In this document: positions 36,806-47,766 of the stretch, in pieces
Layout of the letters: every line of letters begins with the position of its first letter
Numbering within the stretch: position 1 is the stretch's first letter
DNA from: Zoogloea sp.
GTDB lineage: Bacteria; Pseudomonadota; Gammaproteobacteria; Burkholderiales; Rhodocyclaceae
Direction of reading: 5' to 3'
Length of the DNA: 64,000 nucleotides
NCBI RefSeq assembly: GCF_041904905.1
Contig: NZ_JAYRMI010000003.1
Location: forward strand, 42,370 to 106,369
Position numbers and translations under genes: made by a program
The notes under the pieces: generated by a model
The model's input: the letters and a program-made list of their open reading frames with translations, nothing else
Told to the model about the DNA's origin: nothing
The model's database searches: none

Positions 36806-37018
36806 TCACCCCCGCCGCAGCGGATCGAGCAGCGCCCGCAGGTTGTTGTGATCCAGCTCGTGCATCAGCGCCAGCAGCTGGCCCAGTTGCCCGGCGGGAA
36901 AGCCTTCCCGCGCGAACCACGCGAGGTAATGCCCCGGCAGGTCGGCCAGCAGGCGGCCCTTGAACTTGCCGTAGGGCATGCTGCGGGTGACCAGTAGTTC
37001 GAGGAGTTCCGGGTTCAT
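36806..37018 (-). CDS. DUF3820-family small protein
   Basis: MPYGKFKGRLLADLPGHYLAWFAREGFPAGQLG motif; 70 aa. Confidence 0.88.
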   Translation of the reverse strand: MNPELLELLVTRSMPYGKFKGRLLADLPGHYLAWFAREGFPAGQLGQLLALMHELDHNNLRALLDPLRRG

Positions 37019-37032
37019 CGCGCCCGCCCCGC

Positions 37033-38994
37033 TCAGTGGCGCACCGGCCAGTACCAGCTGGGCACGCCCTTGCGGCCGCCGCCCACGCCTTGCCGGTAGC
37101 GGCTGCGCAGGTGGCCATCCACCACCGCGATCCACGGCGCGAGGCAGGTGTCGGCCATCTCCTGGTCGATGAAGCGCTCGGGCAGGCGGTAGGCAAACCA
37201 GCGGTAGGCGGCGATCAGGCGCACGGTGGTCTCGGCCTCCTCCAGCGAGGCGCGCTGGGGCACGCGGGGCAGGAAATCCAGCTCGATGGCCTTGCCCTTG
37301 TTGGCGGTGTAGGCCCAGTCGCGCCACACGCCGTCGATGGTCTCGTTCTGGGACGCCATCGGCGCCATCGAGAAGACGTGCTTCTCGTGGAGGGTGAGGT
37401 TCTTCATCCGGTCGAGCTGGGCGGCGCGGGCGAGCTGCTCCTCGGGGATGTGGGGCACGAAGAAGCCGTCGCCGCAATCTGCGTGGAGCTGGAACAGCGA
37501 CAGCAGCGCCTCCAGCCGGGTGTCGCCGGCCATCCCGGCGATCTGCTCCAGATACGCGCTGCCGGCGGTGATCTGGAAGCCGCGGGCTTCCAGCGGCGGC
37601 TGGGGTGCCTTCATCAGCGCGGCAACCACTTTGTGCTCGGCCGGGGTGAGGCCGGCCACCACGCCCGCCTCTTCCTGATGGCCGAAGCGCCCGGCCCGCC
37701 CGCCGATCTGCTGGAGCAGCGACGGCGAGAGCGTATCCCGCGCGGTGCCGTCGTACTTCTGGATGGCGGTGAACACCACCCGCTCGATGGGCAGGTTGAG
37801 GCCCATCCCGATGGCGTCGGTGGCCACCAGGATGTCGGCGTCGCCGCCGGCGAAGCGGTGCGCCTCGCGCTCGCGCACCTCGGGCGACAGGGCGCCGTAG
37901 ATGCACGCCACCGACTTGCCCAGGGCCAGGAAGTCGTCCCGCAGGTTGAGCGCGTCGCGCCGCGAGAAGACGATGAAGGCGTCCCCCGGCCGCGCCCGCC
38001 GCAGCGCGCCGGCCGGGTGGTGGGCCAGCGCCTCGCCCACCACCAGCGGGTGCTTGCGCTGCTTGCGGCGGATTTCCAGGGGCAGGCCCAGGCGCTCGGC
38101 CAGTGCGACGATGGCCGGCTCGGCCGACAGCGCGCCCACCAGCCACACCTCGGCGGCGTTGGCGCCCACCACCGCCTGGGTCCACGCCCAGCCCCGGTCG
38201 GGGTCGCTGAGCATCTGAATCTCGTCGATCACCGCCACCTCCAGCTCGGCGGTGGGGTCGAGCATCTCGATGGTGGAGGCGGTCACCCGGCTGCCCTCCA
38301 CCATCCGGCGCTCCTCGCCGGTAACGAGCGACGCGCTCACCCCGAACTCCTCGTTGAGGCGGGTGAAGGCCTCCAGCGCCAGCAGGCGCAGCGGGCCCAG
38401 GTAGACGCCGGCGCGGGCGGTGGCGAGGCGCTCGAAGGCGTCGTGGGTCTTGCCGGAGTTGGTCGGCCCCAGCACGGCGATCAGCTTGCGCGGGCGACGC
38501 CGGGCGGCGAAGGTGTCCGGATAGTCCGACAGGCGCACGGTGCGCCCGATCTGGCCGGCCAGCTCCCGCTGGCGGCGCCGGGTGCGCAGCTCGGCGAGGG
38601 TCTGGGCGAGGGTCTTGCCCAAGGTGGAAAAATCCAGCCGGCCCGACGCGCAGTCGTCCCGCAGCCCGCGCAGATCGGGCCGGAGCCCGTCGTCGGCGCA
38701 GGCGGCGAGGAAGGCGTCGATCTGGGCGACGGCGGCGTCGAGCGCGGCCTCCAGGTGGGCGCCCTGCGCCGCCAGCATGGCCTGCTCCAGCGTCTGGCGC
38801 CCCGCCTCGGGCCGCCGCCGCCAGTGGCCGGCCTGGCCCAGGCAGCTCTCGGGCAGATAGCCCACCAGCCGGAATTCCTCGCCGCGGATGCGCACCCGCC
38901 GGCTGGCGGCAAGCCACACCCGGTTGCTGCTCACGGTAACGACAAAGCGCAGGTCTGGCGCGGGGGCGGGTTGGGGAAGTTCGGTGTCGGTCAT
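37033..38994 (-). CDS. Suv3-like SF2 helicase
   Basis: LGPTNSGKT, GPLRLLALE, LVTGEERR, VIDEIQM...RGWAWT, ATDAIGMGLNLPI, QIGGRAGRFG. Confidence 0.9.
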   Translation of the reverse strand: MTDTELPQPAPAPDLRFVVTVSSNRVWLAASRRVRIRGEEFRLVGYLPESCLGQAGHWRRRPEAGRQTLEQAMLAAQGAHLEAALDAAVAQIDAFLAACADDGLRPDLRGLRDDCASGRLDFSTLGKTLAQTLAELRTRRRQRELAGQIGRTVRLSDYPDTFAARRRPRKLIAVLGPTNSGKTHDAFERLATARAGVYLGPLRLLALEAFTRLNEEFGVSASLVTGEERRMVEGSRVTASTIEMLDPTAELEVAVIDEIQMLSDPDRGWAWTQAVVGANAAEVWLVGALSAEPAIVALAERLGLPLEIRRKQRKHPLVVGEALAHHPAGALRRARPGDAFIVFSRRDALNLRDDFLALGKSVACIYGALSPEVREREAHRFAGGDADILVATDAIGMGLNLPIERVVFTAIQKYDGTARDTLSPSLLQQIGGRAGRFGHQEEAGVVAGLTPAEHKVVAALMKAPQPPLEARGFQITAGSAYLEQIAGMAGDTRLEALLSLFQLHADCGDGFFVPHIPEEQLARAAQLDRMKNLTLHEKHVFSMAPMASQNETIDGVWRDWAYTANKGKAIELDFLPRVPQRASLEEAETTVRLIAAYRWFAYRLPERFIDQEMADTCLAPWIAVVDGHLRSRYRQGVGGGRKGVPSWYWPVRH

Positions 38995-39067
38995 CTTGAG
39001 TCAAAAAACAATGGGCCGGCCACGGCGGGCCAGCCCGAAAAAAGTCGTGCGAGCCAGCCGCGCGCGA

Positions 39068-39646
39068 TCAGCCGATCAGCGGCACGTCCGGCAGCTTGCG
39101 CAGCACGGCGGCCACGTCGGGCTCGGTCTCCAGCACCTGCACCACGCAGGGCAGCGGCTCGGCCCAGATCTCGGGCAGATCGCGCTCGGCCGGCTCGCGG
39201 ATGGCAAAGGCCAGGCGTTCCACCGGCGGCGCAAACTGCGCGTCCACGCCGGGCTTGTTGCCCCGGGCGTCGATGCGGAACCAGCCGATGCCATCCAGCC
39301 ACACGGCGTTGAGACCGTGCAGACAGTAAGGCGCGCCGGTGTCGCCCACCGACAGGCGCTGGTAGCACAGCCCGGTGGGCACGCCATTGGCCCGCAGCAG
39401 CGCGGCCAGCAGGTGGCTCTTGGCGTAGCAGTAGCCGGTGCGGTGGCGCAGCACGTCGGACGCCTTGCAGGTGACCGGGTTCTGCATGAAATCGACGCTG
39501 TGGCGGATCTCGTCGCGGACGAACTCGAAGCAGCGGCGCACCACCTCACGGGGCGAGGCCGCACCGTCGGCAAGCAGACGCGCCCGGGCGGCGACGTCCG
39601 GGTGGTCGAAATCGATGTAGCGGCTGGCGGCGAGATAGGCCTGCAT
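39068..39646 (-). CDS. Transglutaminase-like cysteine protease
   Basis: Triad motifs GYCYAKSHL, LHGLNAV, WFRIDARG; FVRDEIRHS. Confidence 0.88.
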   Translation of the reverse strand: MQAYLAASRYIDFDHPDVAARARLLADGAASPREVVRRCFEFVRDEIRHSVDFMQNPVTCKASDVLRHRTGYCYAKSHLLAALLRANGVPTGLCYQRLSVGDTGAPYCLHGLNAVWLDGIGWFRIDARGNKPGVDAQFAPPVERLAFAIREPAERDLPEIWAEPLPCVVQVLETEPDVAAVLRKLPDVPLIG

Positions 39647-39727
39647 GATGAAACCCCGAAGTTGGCGCGGACGATCCGGCCGCGAGCTTACGTGGGCTTC
39701 GGCGCGCTGTCGAACATCACGCCACCC

Positions 39728-39756
39728 TTGACGCACCGCCGCATCCCTCCGATGCT
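39728..39756 (+). promoter_or_regulatory. Putative sigma70 promoter of pepD
   Basis: TTGACG-N17-GATGCT; overlaps the first in-frame ATG, which favours the downstream start at 39791. Confidence 0.5.
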
Positions 39757-39790
39757 AACCGCTCCCGATCCACCCCTCGCCCCTGCCGCC

Positions 39791-41254
39791 ATGCCCGCCC
39801 TGCCACCCATCTTCGCCGATCTCCAGCCCGCCGCCGTGTGGCGCCACTTTGCCACCCTGTGCGCGATCCCCCGCCCCTCCAAGGCCGAGGACGCCCTGCG
39901 CGACCACCTCCACGCCTGGGCCGCTGCAAAGGGGCTGGACGCCCGGGTGGACGGCGCCGGCAACCTGATCGTCACCAAACCCGCCAGCCCCGGCCACGAG
40001 GCCGCCCCCGGCGTGGTGCTGCAGGCCCACCTGGACATGGTCTGCCAGAAGAACGCCGACACCGACCACGACTTCACCCGCGACCCGATCCGCCCCGTGC
40101 TGCGGGACGGCTGGCTGGTGGCCGAAGGCACCACCCTGGGCGCCGACAACGGCATCGGCGTGGCGCTAATCCTGGCGGTGCTGGAAGACAGCCGCCTCGT
40201 CCACGGCCCCCTCGAAGCCCTGCTGACGGTGGACGAGGAGGCCGGCATGGGCGGCGCCCAGGGGCTGGCGCCCGGCGTGCTGCAGGGCCGGCTGATGCTC
40301 AACATCGATACCGAAGACTGGGGCGAGTTCTACCTGGGCTGCGCCGGCGGGCTGGACGTGAACGTCGCCCGCCCCGGCACGCCCGACGCCCTGCCCGCCG
40401 GCCACGAGGCATGGCAGATCGCCCTCACCGGCCTCTGCGGCGGGCACTCGGGCGTCAACATCCACGAAGAGCGCGGCAACGCCATCAAGCTGCTGGTGCG
40501 GGTGCTGCGGGATCTCGAAGCCCGCTTCCCGCTGCGCCTCGCCGCGCTGGATGGCGGCACCGCCCGCAACGCCCTGCCCCGCGAGGCCCGCGCCACCGTC
40601 GCCCTGCCCGCCGGCCGCGGCGACGCGCTGGGCGAAGCCCTGGCCGGCTGGCAGGCCACCCTGCGGCAGGAACTCGCGGGCGTCGACGCTGGCCTGAGCC
40701 TCGCCCACGCCCCCGCCAGCGCCAACGCGGTGCTCGCCCCCGCCGAGCAGGCAGTGTGGCTTGCCAGCCTGCACGCCGCGCCCCACGGGGTGCGTCGCCA
40801 GAGCCTGGCGGTGCCCGGCGTGGTGGAAACCTCCAACAACCTGGGCATGGCGAGCATCGGGCCGGATGGCGGCAGCTGCAATTTCATGGTGCGCTCCCTC
40901 GTCGACAGCGGCAGCGAGGCGCTGGCCGACGAGATCGTCAGCCTGTTCGCGCTCTCGGGCACCCCGGCCAGCAAATCCGGCCACTACCCGGGCTGGGCGC
41001 CCAATCCGGCCTCGCCGCTGCTGGCCCGCTGCCAGCGGGTCTATGCGCGGGAGTTCGGCGGCGAGTCGGTGGTGAAGGTGGTGCACGCCGGGCTGGAGTG
41101 CGGGATCATCGGCGCCAAGCATCCGGGCATGGACACGGTCTCCTTCGGCCCCACCATCCGCGGCGCCCACGCGCCGGGCGAGCGGGTGGAGATCGCGGCC
41201 GTGGGCAAGGTGTGGCAGCTGCTCACCGCCATCCTGGCCGACATCGCCGCCTGA
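39791..41254 (+). CDS. pepD: Aminoacyl-histidine dipeptidase (M20)
   Basis: LQAHLDMV, TLGADNGIG, VDEEAG, NIDTE, VHAGLECG, SFGPTI and AHAPGER motifs. Confidence 0.94.
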   Translation: MPALPPIFADLQPAAVWRHFATLCAIPRPSKAEDALRDHLHAWAAAKGLDARVDGAGNLIVTKPASPGHEAAPGVVLQAHLDMVCQKNADTDHDFTRDPIRPVLRDGWLVAEGTTLGADNGIGVALILAVLEDSRLVHGPLEALLTVDEEAGMGGAQGLAPGVLQGRLMLNIDTEDWGEFYLGCAGGLDVNVARPGTPDALPAGHEAWQIALTGLCGGHSGVNIHEERGNAIKLLVRVLRDLEARFPLRLAALDGGTARNALPREARATVALPAGRGDALGEALAGWQATLRQELAGVDAGLSLAHAPASANAVLAPAEQAVWLASLHAAPHGVRRQSLAVPGVVETSNNLGMASIGPDGGSCNFMVRSLVDSGSEALADEIVSLFALSGTPASKSGHYPGWAPNPASPLLARCQRVYAREFGGESVVKVVHAGLECGIIGAKHPGMDTVSFGPTIRGAHAPGERVEIAAVGKVWQLLTAILADIAA

Positions 41255-41261
41255 GCCGGGC

Positions 41262-42443
41262 ATGATCGGCGAGCGATTCCGGACTGGCGCCCTGCTCTGC
41301 GCCCTCGCCGTCACCGCCCCCCACGCGGCCGGCAAGGGCGACGGCTACGCGACGAGCGGCGACTGCGGCGGCCTGCCGGCGGTGCCGCTCAAGGTGGCCA
41401 AGGGCTTTTGCGTGGGGCTGGCGGCGACGAAGCTGGGCTTTCCCCGGGGCGTGCTGCCGCTGGCCGACGGCCGCGTGCTGGTGGCCGACCTGGGCCGCTG
41501 GGACGCGCCCAGGGGGCGCCTGCTGCAGCTCACCCCCCGCCCCGGCGGCTTCGACGTGAAGCCGCTCCTCACCGGGCTCGACCGCCCCCACGGGCTGCAG
41601 GCGGGGCCCGACGGCGCGGTGTACATCGGCGAGGCCGGGCGCATCTCGCGGGTCCGCCTCGACCGCTCGCCGCCGGTGCTGGAGCCGCTCATCGTCAAGC
41701 TGCCCGCCACCGGGCGCCACCCGCTCAAGCAGTTCGTGTTCGGCCCCGATGGCGCGATCTACGCGAACATCGGCAGCACCACCGACCACTGCGAGGACGG
41801 CCCCGCCGGCCACCCTTGCCCGGAGGCCGAACGCCCCGACGCCGGTGCGGCGATCTGGCGCTACAAGCTGGAAGACGGCCGCTGGACGGCAACGGTGTTC
41901 GCCCGCGGCCTGCGCAACTCGATGGCCCTGGCCTTCGGCCCGGACGGCAGCCTGTGGCAGGCCGAGAACAGCCGCGACTGGCTGCCCGGCAATCGGGATT
42001 CCGACACCCGGCCGCCCGACGAGCTCAACCGCATCCGCCCCGGTCAGCATTACGGCTGGCCCTACTGCACCGGGCTCGACGCCTTCGACCCGGCCTTCGG
42101 CAGCGGCGACTGCCGCCGCTACGCAAAGCCCGAGCGCCTGCTGCCGGCCCACGCGGCGCCGCTGGGGATGACGTTCTACGACAGCCCCGGCGCCCCCGCC
42201 CCATGGCGCGGCAGCCTGGTGATTGCCCTCCACGGCTACCGCAAGCTGGGCCACCGGATCGTTGCGTACCGTTTCGACAAATCCGGCCAGCCCGCCCGCA
42301 ACTTCGAGGTGCTGGTGGAAGGCTGGCAGGCCGACACCAGCCATCCCATGGGCGCACCCACCGACATCAAGGCCGACCGCCACGGCCGCCTGTGGGTGAC
42401 CGAAGACCGCAACGGCACCCTGCTCGCGGTGGCCTCCCGCTGA
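41262..42443 (+). CDS. PQQ-dependent sugar / sorbosone dehydrogenase family beta-propeller
   Basis: Signal peptide; FGPDG repeats; ARGLRN; PPDELNRI...HYGWPYC; HAAPLGMTFY; IALHGY; LWVTED. Confidence 0.82.
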   Translation: MIGERFRTGALLCALAVTAPHAAGKGDGYATSGDCGGLPAVPLKVAKGFCVGLAATKLGFPRGVLPLADGRVLVADLGRWDAPRGRLLQLTPRPGGFDVKPLLTGLDRPHGLQAGPDGAVYIGEAGRISRVRLDRSPPVLEPLIVKLPATGRHPLKQFVFGPDGAIYANIGSTTDHCEDGPAGHPCPEAERPDAGAAIWRYKLEDGRWTATVFARGLRNSMALAFGPDGSLWQAENSRDWLPGNRDSDTRPPDELNRIRPGQHYGWPYCTGLDAFDPAFGSGDCRRYAKPERLLPAHAAPLGMTFYDSPGAPAPWRGSLVIALHGYRKLGHRIVAYRFDKSGQPARNFEVLVEGWQADTSHPMGAPTDIKADRHGRLWVTEDRNGTLLAVASR

Positions 42444-42453
42444 CCGGCCCCAG

Positions 42454-42490
42454 CAGGCAGAAAGCCCTCTCTCGGAGGGCTTTCTGCCTG
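42454..42490. terminator. Bidirectional intrinsic terminator
   Basis: CAGGCAGAAAGCCCTC-TCTCG-GAGGGCTTTCTGCCTG between convergent genes. Confidence 0.8.
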
Positions 42491-42508
42491 GCCGCCGGGG
42501 GCTTGGGC

Positions 42509-44542
<2,034 letters not shown>

Positions 44543-44601
44543 GTGTCGTCTCCTCCGTTAAAACGGATTGTCCTCCGGGTTCGGGCCCGGTTTTTGGTGG
44601 A

Positions 44602-44618
44602 TGCTCCAAAATGTAGCA
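44602..44618. promoter_or_regulatory. Putative enhancer (UAS) TGCTCCA-N3-TGTAGCA
   Basis: 17-bp palindrome about 145 bp upstream of the sigma54 promoter; same motif at 47109-47125. Confidence 0.6.
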
Positions 44619-44762
44619 GTCGGATCATATTTCAGCAACGTGACTGCTCCACGGCGGGTAGGCATGAGCAAAGTCCGTTCCAGTTTATCCATTCATAAGA
44701 AAAACTAAGAAACCCGCCCCCAGCGCCGTAAAGACAGTGTGCCCGTCGCTACCCGTTACAAG

Positions 44763-44778
44763 TGGCACGCCCCTTGCT
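44763..44778 (+). promoter_or_regulatory. Sigma54 (-24/-12) promoter of the cytochrome c550 operon
   Basis: TGGCACGCCCCTTGCT is an exact fit to TGGCACG-N4-TTGCW. Confidence 0.9.
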
Positions 44779-44860
44779 GATTGATGGCCACCACGGCGAT
44801 GCCGGCTTCACCCTGCGCCCATCGCTCGACGCATTCCAATCCAGACCAAAGGTGACACAG

Positions 44861-45295
44861 GTGACTGCTCGCAATTTCTTCTCCCGCCCTCTCCGCGCCC
44901 TCTCCGCTGCCGTGCTGGCCCTGGCCGCCGGTGCCGTCATCGCCCACGGCGACGTGGTGCCCCAGGCTGTGGATACCTCCTCCCTCAAGCCGGTTGGCAA
45001 GGAGTGGCTCGCCAAGAACCCCTATCTGGGCAACAAGGAAGCGATCCGCATCGGCGACTCCGCGTTCAACCAGAACTGCGCCCGCTGCCACGGCCTGGGC
45101 GCCGTCTCCGGCGGCATCGCCCCCGATCTGCGCTACCTGCCCGCCGGTCAGGAGGGCGACGAGATCTTCCTGCAGCGCATCCGCCACGGCGCCACCCGCG
45201 ACGGTCGCGTCTACATGCCCCCGTTCGAAGGCATCCTGTCCCAGGAAGCGATGTGGACCATCCGCGCCTGGCTGGAGACCGTCCGTGAAGACTGA
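44861..45295 (+). CDS. pedF: Cytochrome c550 (ExaB/PedF-like), electron acceptor of the PQQ alcohol dehydrogenase
   Basis: Signal peptide then HGDVVPQAVDT; NQNCARCHGL; IAPDLR; YMPPF; LSQEAMWTIRAWLET. Confidence 0.88.
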   Translation: MTARNFFSRPLRALSAAVLALAAGAVIAHGDVVPQAVDTSSLKPVGKEWLAKNPYLGNKEAIRIGDSAFNQNCARCHGLGAVSGGIAPDLRYLPAGQEGDEIFLQRIRHGATRDGRVYMPPFEGILSQEAMWTIRAWLETVRED

Positions 45296-46130
45296 CCGCC
45301 GCCGCTTCCTGCTTGCCGCCGGGGCCGCCGCCCTGGCCGCCAGCCTGCCGGCGCGGGCCGACGGGCTGGCCGAGATCCGCCAGCGCGGCAGCCTGCGGAT
45401 CGCCGTCTACAACGGCTTCGTGCCCTGGTCCAACCAGGGCCGCGGCATCGACGTGGAGCTTGCCCAGGCGCTGGGCAAACAGCTCGGCCTCACCACCCAG
45501 GTGGTGGGCTACAACGCCGACGAGGACATGGACGACGACCTGCGCAACATGGTCTGGAAGGGTCATTACCTGGGCCAGCCGCCCTCCGACCTGATGATGC
45601 ACGTGCCGGTGGATTCCTACCTCCAGGGCAAGAACGAGAAGGTCAAGATCTTCGGCCCCTACCACCTGGAAACCATCGCCGTGGCGCGGGTGCCGCGCAT
45701 CGGCCCGATCCGCGGCTCTGCCGCCACCGCGCTGGAAGTCTTCACGCGCGAGAAGATCGGCGTCGAAGGCCGCTCCCTCGCCGACGCCTTCCTGCTGGGC
45801 GTGCTCAACGGCCGCCTGCGCGAGAACGTGGTGCACTTCCCCAGCGTGGCGGGCGCCGTGGCGAAGCTGAAGGCGGGCGAGCTTGCCGCCGTGATGGGCC
45901 CCCGCTCGGAGATCGAGGAGGCCCTGGGCAAGGACAACCGCTTCATCCTCGAGGTGGTCCAGATGCCCGAACTCAAGCTCAACAGCTGGCCCATCGGCAT
46001 GGCCGTGAAGGCCGAAGAGACCGCCCTGGCCGATGCCGTCGGCGAGGCGCTGCGCGCGCTGCAGAAGGATGGTACCGTCGCAGCCATCTTCGCCCGCCAC
46101 GGAATCACCCATGTCCAGCCCACGCTCTAG
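45285..46130 (+). CDS. Quinoprotein-associated periplasmic binding protein (PedG/MxaJ-like)
   Basis: Tat-like RRRFLL signal; family-3 SBP fold (LRIAVYNGFVPWS, GIDVELAQAL); overlaps the c550 stop. Confidence 0.78.
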   Translation: MKTDRRRFLLAAGAAALAASLPARADGLAEIRQRGSLRIAVYNGFVPWSNQGRGIDVELAQALGKQLGLTTQVVGYNADEDMDDDLRNMVWKGHYLGQPPSDLMMHVPVDSYLQGKNEKVKIFGPYHLETIAVARVPRIGPIRGSAATALEVFTREKIGVEGRSLADAFLLGVLNGRLRENVVHFPSVAGAVAKLKAGELAAVMGPRSEIEEALGKDNRFILEVVQMPELKLNSWPIGMAVKAEETALADAVGEALRALQKDGTVAAIFARHGITHVQPTL

Positions 46131-47067
46131 CCGCACCCTGCGCGCCCTCCTGGCGGCCTGCAGCCTGCTGCCTGCCGTCGCCTTCGCCGCGCCCTTCGCC
46201 TACGTCCCCAACGAAAAATCCGGCACGGTGTCGGTGATCGACACCGCCACCGACACCGTCGTGCGCACCCTGCCCGGCGGCGCCCGCCCCCGCGGCATCG
46301 CCAGCGACGGCCGGCGCCTGTTCATCAGCGAGGCGCCGTCGGACGGCCTGGTGACCGTGGACCTGAGCGCCGAGGAGCCCACCCGCCACATCCGCCTGGG
46401 CGAATCGCCGGAGGGCGTCAATGTCTCCGCCGACCGCAAGCGGGTGGCGGTGGCGGTGGAGGAATCCAACAGCGTGGTGGTGCTCGATGCGGCCAGCGGA
46501 CGCAAGCTGGCCGACATCCGGGTGCGCGGCAAGAACCCCGAGCACGCGGTGTTCAGCCCCGACGGGCGCTGGCTGCTGGTAAGCGCCGAAGAGGCCGAGC
46601 AGGTAGATCTCATCGACCTGAAGGCCCGCCGGCAGGTGGCGCAGATTCCGGTGGGCGCCCGCCCCCGCGGCATCGGCTTCACCCCGGACGGCAGCCGCGC
46701 CTACGTGGCCTGCGAGCTGGCCAGCACGGTCTACGCCATCGACATGGCCAGCCGCAAGGTGATCGCCTCGGTCAAGGCCGGCACCTTCGCCAACGGCGTC
46801 GCAGTGGCGCCGGACGGCAGCCGCGTGTATGTCTCCAACGGCAAGGACGGCACGGTGAGCGTGATCCGCACCGCCGACCACCGGATCGAAGCCACCATCC
46901 CGGTGGGCAAGCGCCCCTGGAACATGGCCCTCACCCCCGACGGGCGCAAGCTCTACGTGGCCAACGGCCGCTCCAACAGCGTCTCGGTGATCGACACCGA
47001 ACGCCTCGCCACCGTCACCGAGATCCCCGTCGGCGAGCTGCCGTGGGGCGTCATCGTGCTGCCCTGA
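46111..47067 (+). CDS. YVTN-family beta-propeller protein
   Basis: Signal peptide; repeated YV(A/P/S)N..S.TVSVIDT / IPVG..P units. Confidence 0.88.
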   Translation: MSSPRSSRTLRALLAACSLLPAVAFAAPFAYVPNEKSGTVSVIDTATDTVVRTLPGGARPRGIASDGRRLFISEAPSDGLVTVDLSAEEPTRHIRLGESPEGVNVSADRKRVAVAVEESNSVVVLDAASGRKLADIRVRGKNPEHAVFSPDGRWLLVSAEEAEQVDLIDLKARRQVAQIPVGARPRGIGFTPDGSRAYVACELASTVYAIDMASRKVIASVKAGTFANGVAVAPDGSRVYVSNGKDGTVSVIRTADHRIEATIPVGKRPWNMALTPDGRKLYVANGRSNSVSVIDTERLATVTEIPVGELPWGVIVLP

Positions 47068-47108
47068 GGCAGCGTCAATCCGCGCAAACTGATTCGTTAC
47101 GCCACACC

Positions 47109-47125
47109 TGCTCCAACTTGGAGCA
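47109..47125. promoter_or_regulatory. Perfect palindrome TGCTCCA-ACT-TGGAGCA (enhancer or terminator)
   Basis: Same 7-3-7 motif as 44602-44618; lies between convergent gene ends and extends to CCTGCTCCA/TGGAGCAGG. Confidence 0.55.
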
Positions 47126-47154
47126 GGCGTAGCTTTGTGCCATCGGAGCGTGGC

Positions 47155-47469
47155 TCAGAGCTTCAGAATCCACTCGACGGCGGCCTTCAGATCGGCGTCG
47201 CTGATCTTGTCCGGACCGTTCGGCGTCATCGGCACCGCCCCCCACACGCCGGAACCGCCGTGGCGCACCTTGGCGGTCAGCACGGCCACCGCATCCCCCT
47301 GGCCCTTGTACTTGGCCGCCACGTCCTTGTAAGAAGGCCCCACGCGTTTCTGGTCCACCGCGTGGCAGGCCGTGCAGCGCGCCTTCTTGATGATTTCTTC
47401 GGATGCCATCGCCGGTGCGGAAGCGGCAGCCCCCAGCGCAAGCGCGCACAGCATTGGAACGAATTTCAT
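47155..47469 (-). CDS. Class I c-type cytochrome (c551/c552-like)
   Basis: Signal peptide; CTACH; VGPSYKDVA; WGAVPMTPN axial Met; AGGAG RBS. Confidence 0.92.
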   Translation of the reverse strand: MKFVPMLCALALGAAASAPAMASEEIIKKARCTACHAVDQKRVGPSYKDVAAKYKGQGDAVAVLTAKVRHGGSGVWGAVPMTPNGPDKISDADLKAAVEWILKL

Positions 47470-47536
47470 AGCTCCTCCTGGATCGGATTGTGATTGGTCT
47501 AGGCGGCGGCCCGCAGACCGCCCGCCCCGCCACCCG

Positions 47537-47554
47537 AGCAAATTCCGTGCGCCA
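47537..47554 (-). promoter_or_regulatory. Variant sigma54 promoter carrying a GC duplication
   Basis: Minus strand TGGCGCACGGAATTTGCT equals consensus TGGCACGGAATTTGCT plus 2 nt. Confidence 0.45.
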
Positions 47555-47766
47555 CCCCGCCAGCGCCCACCGCGAGCGAACAAACCCGTTTTGAGACAAG
47601 CACTTGCCCATCGCGGGCGGGGGCCCGGCGGGCCGCCTGCCTGCTCCGCCGCTGCACACCTGCTCCATCCCGACACGCACCACGGAACACTTTCCCGGCC
47701 ACCGGGGGCGTTTTCGTCGGTTTGAGCCGGCCAGCCCTCTGGCATGTTTCCTGCACGGCTCCCCGC

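Noticed and set aside
36806-39004. 732-aa ORF that looks like a large DUF3820 fusion
   Set aside because: Only the last 70 aa (from ATG 37018) are protein-like; the rest is an alternative frame over the helicase.
38888-39790. 300-aa N-terminal extension of PepD
   Set aside because: Overlaps the antisense transglutaminase gene; a promoter-like motif at 39728-39756 favours the later start.
44762-44860. Longer start for cytochrome c550
   Set aside because: That GTG lies inside the sigma54 promoter, so it cannot be on the transcript.
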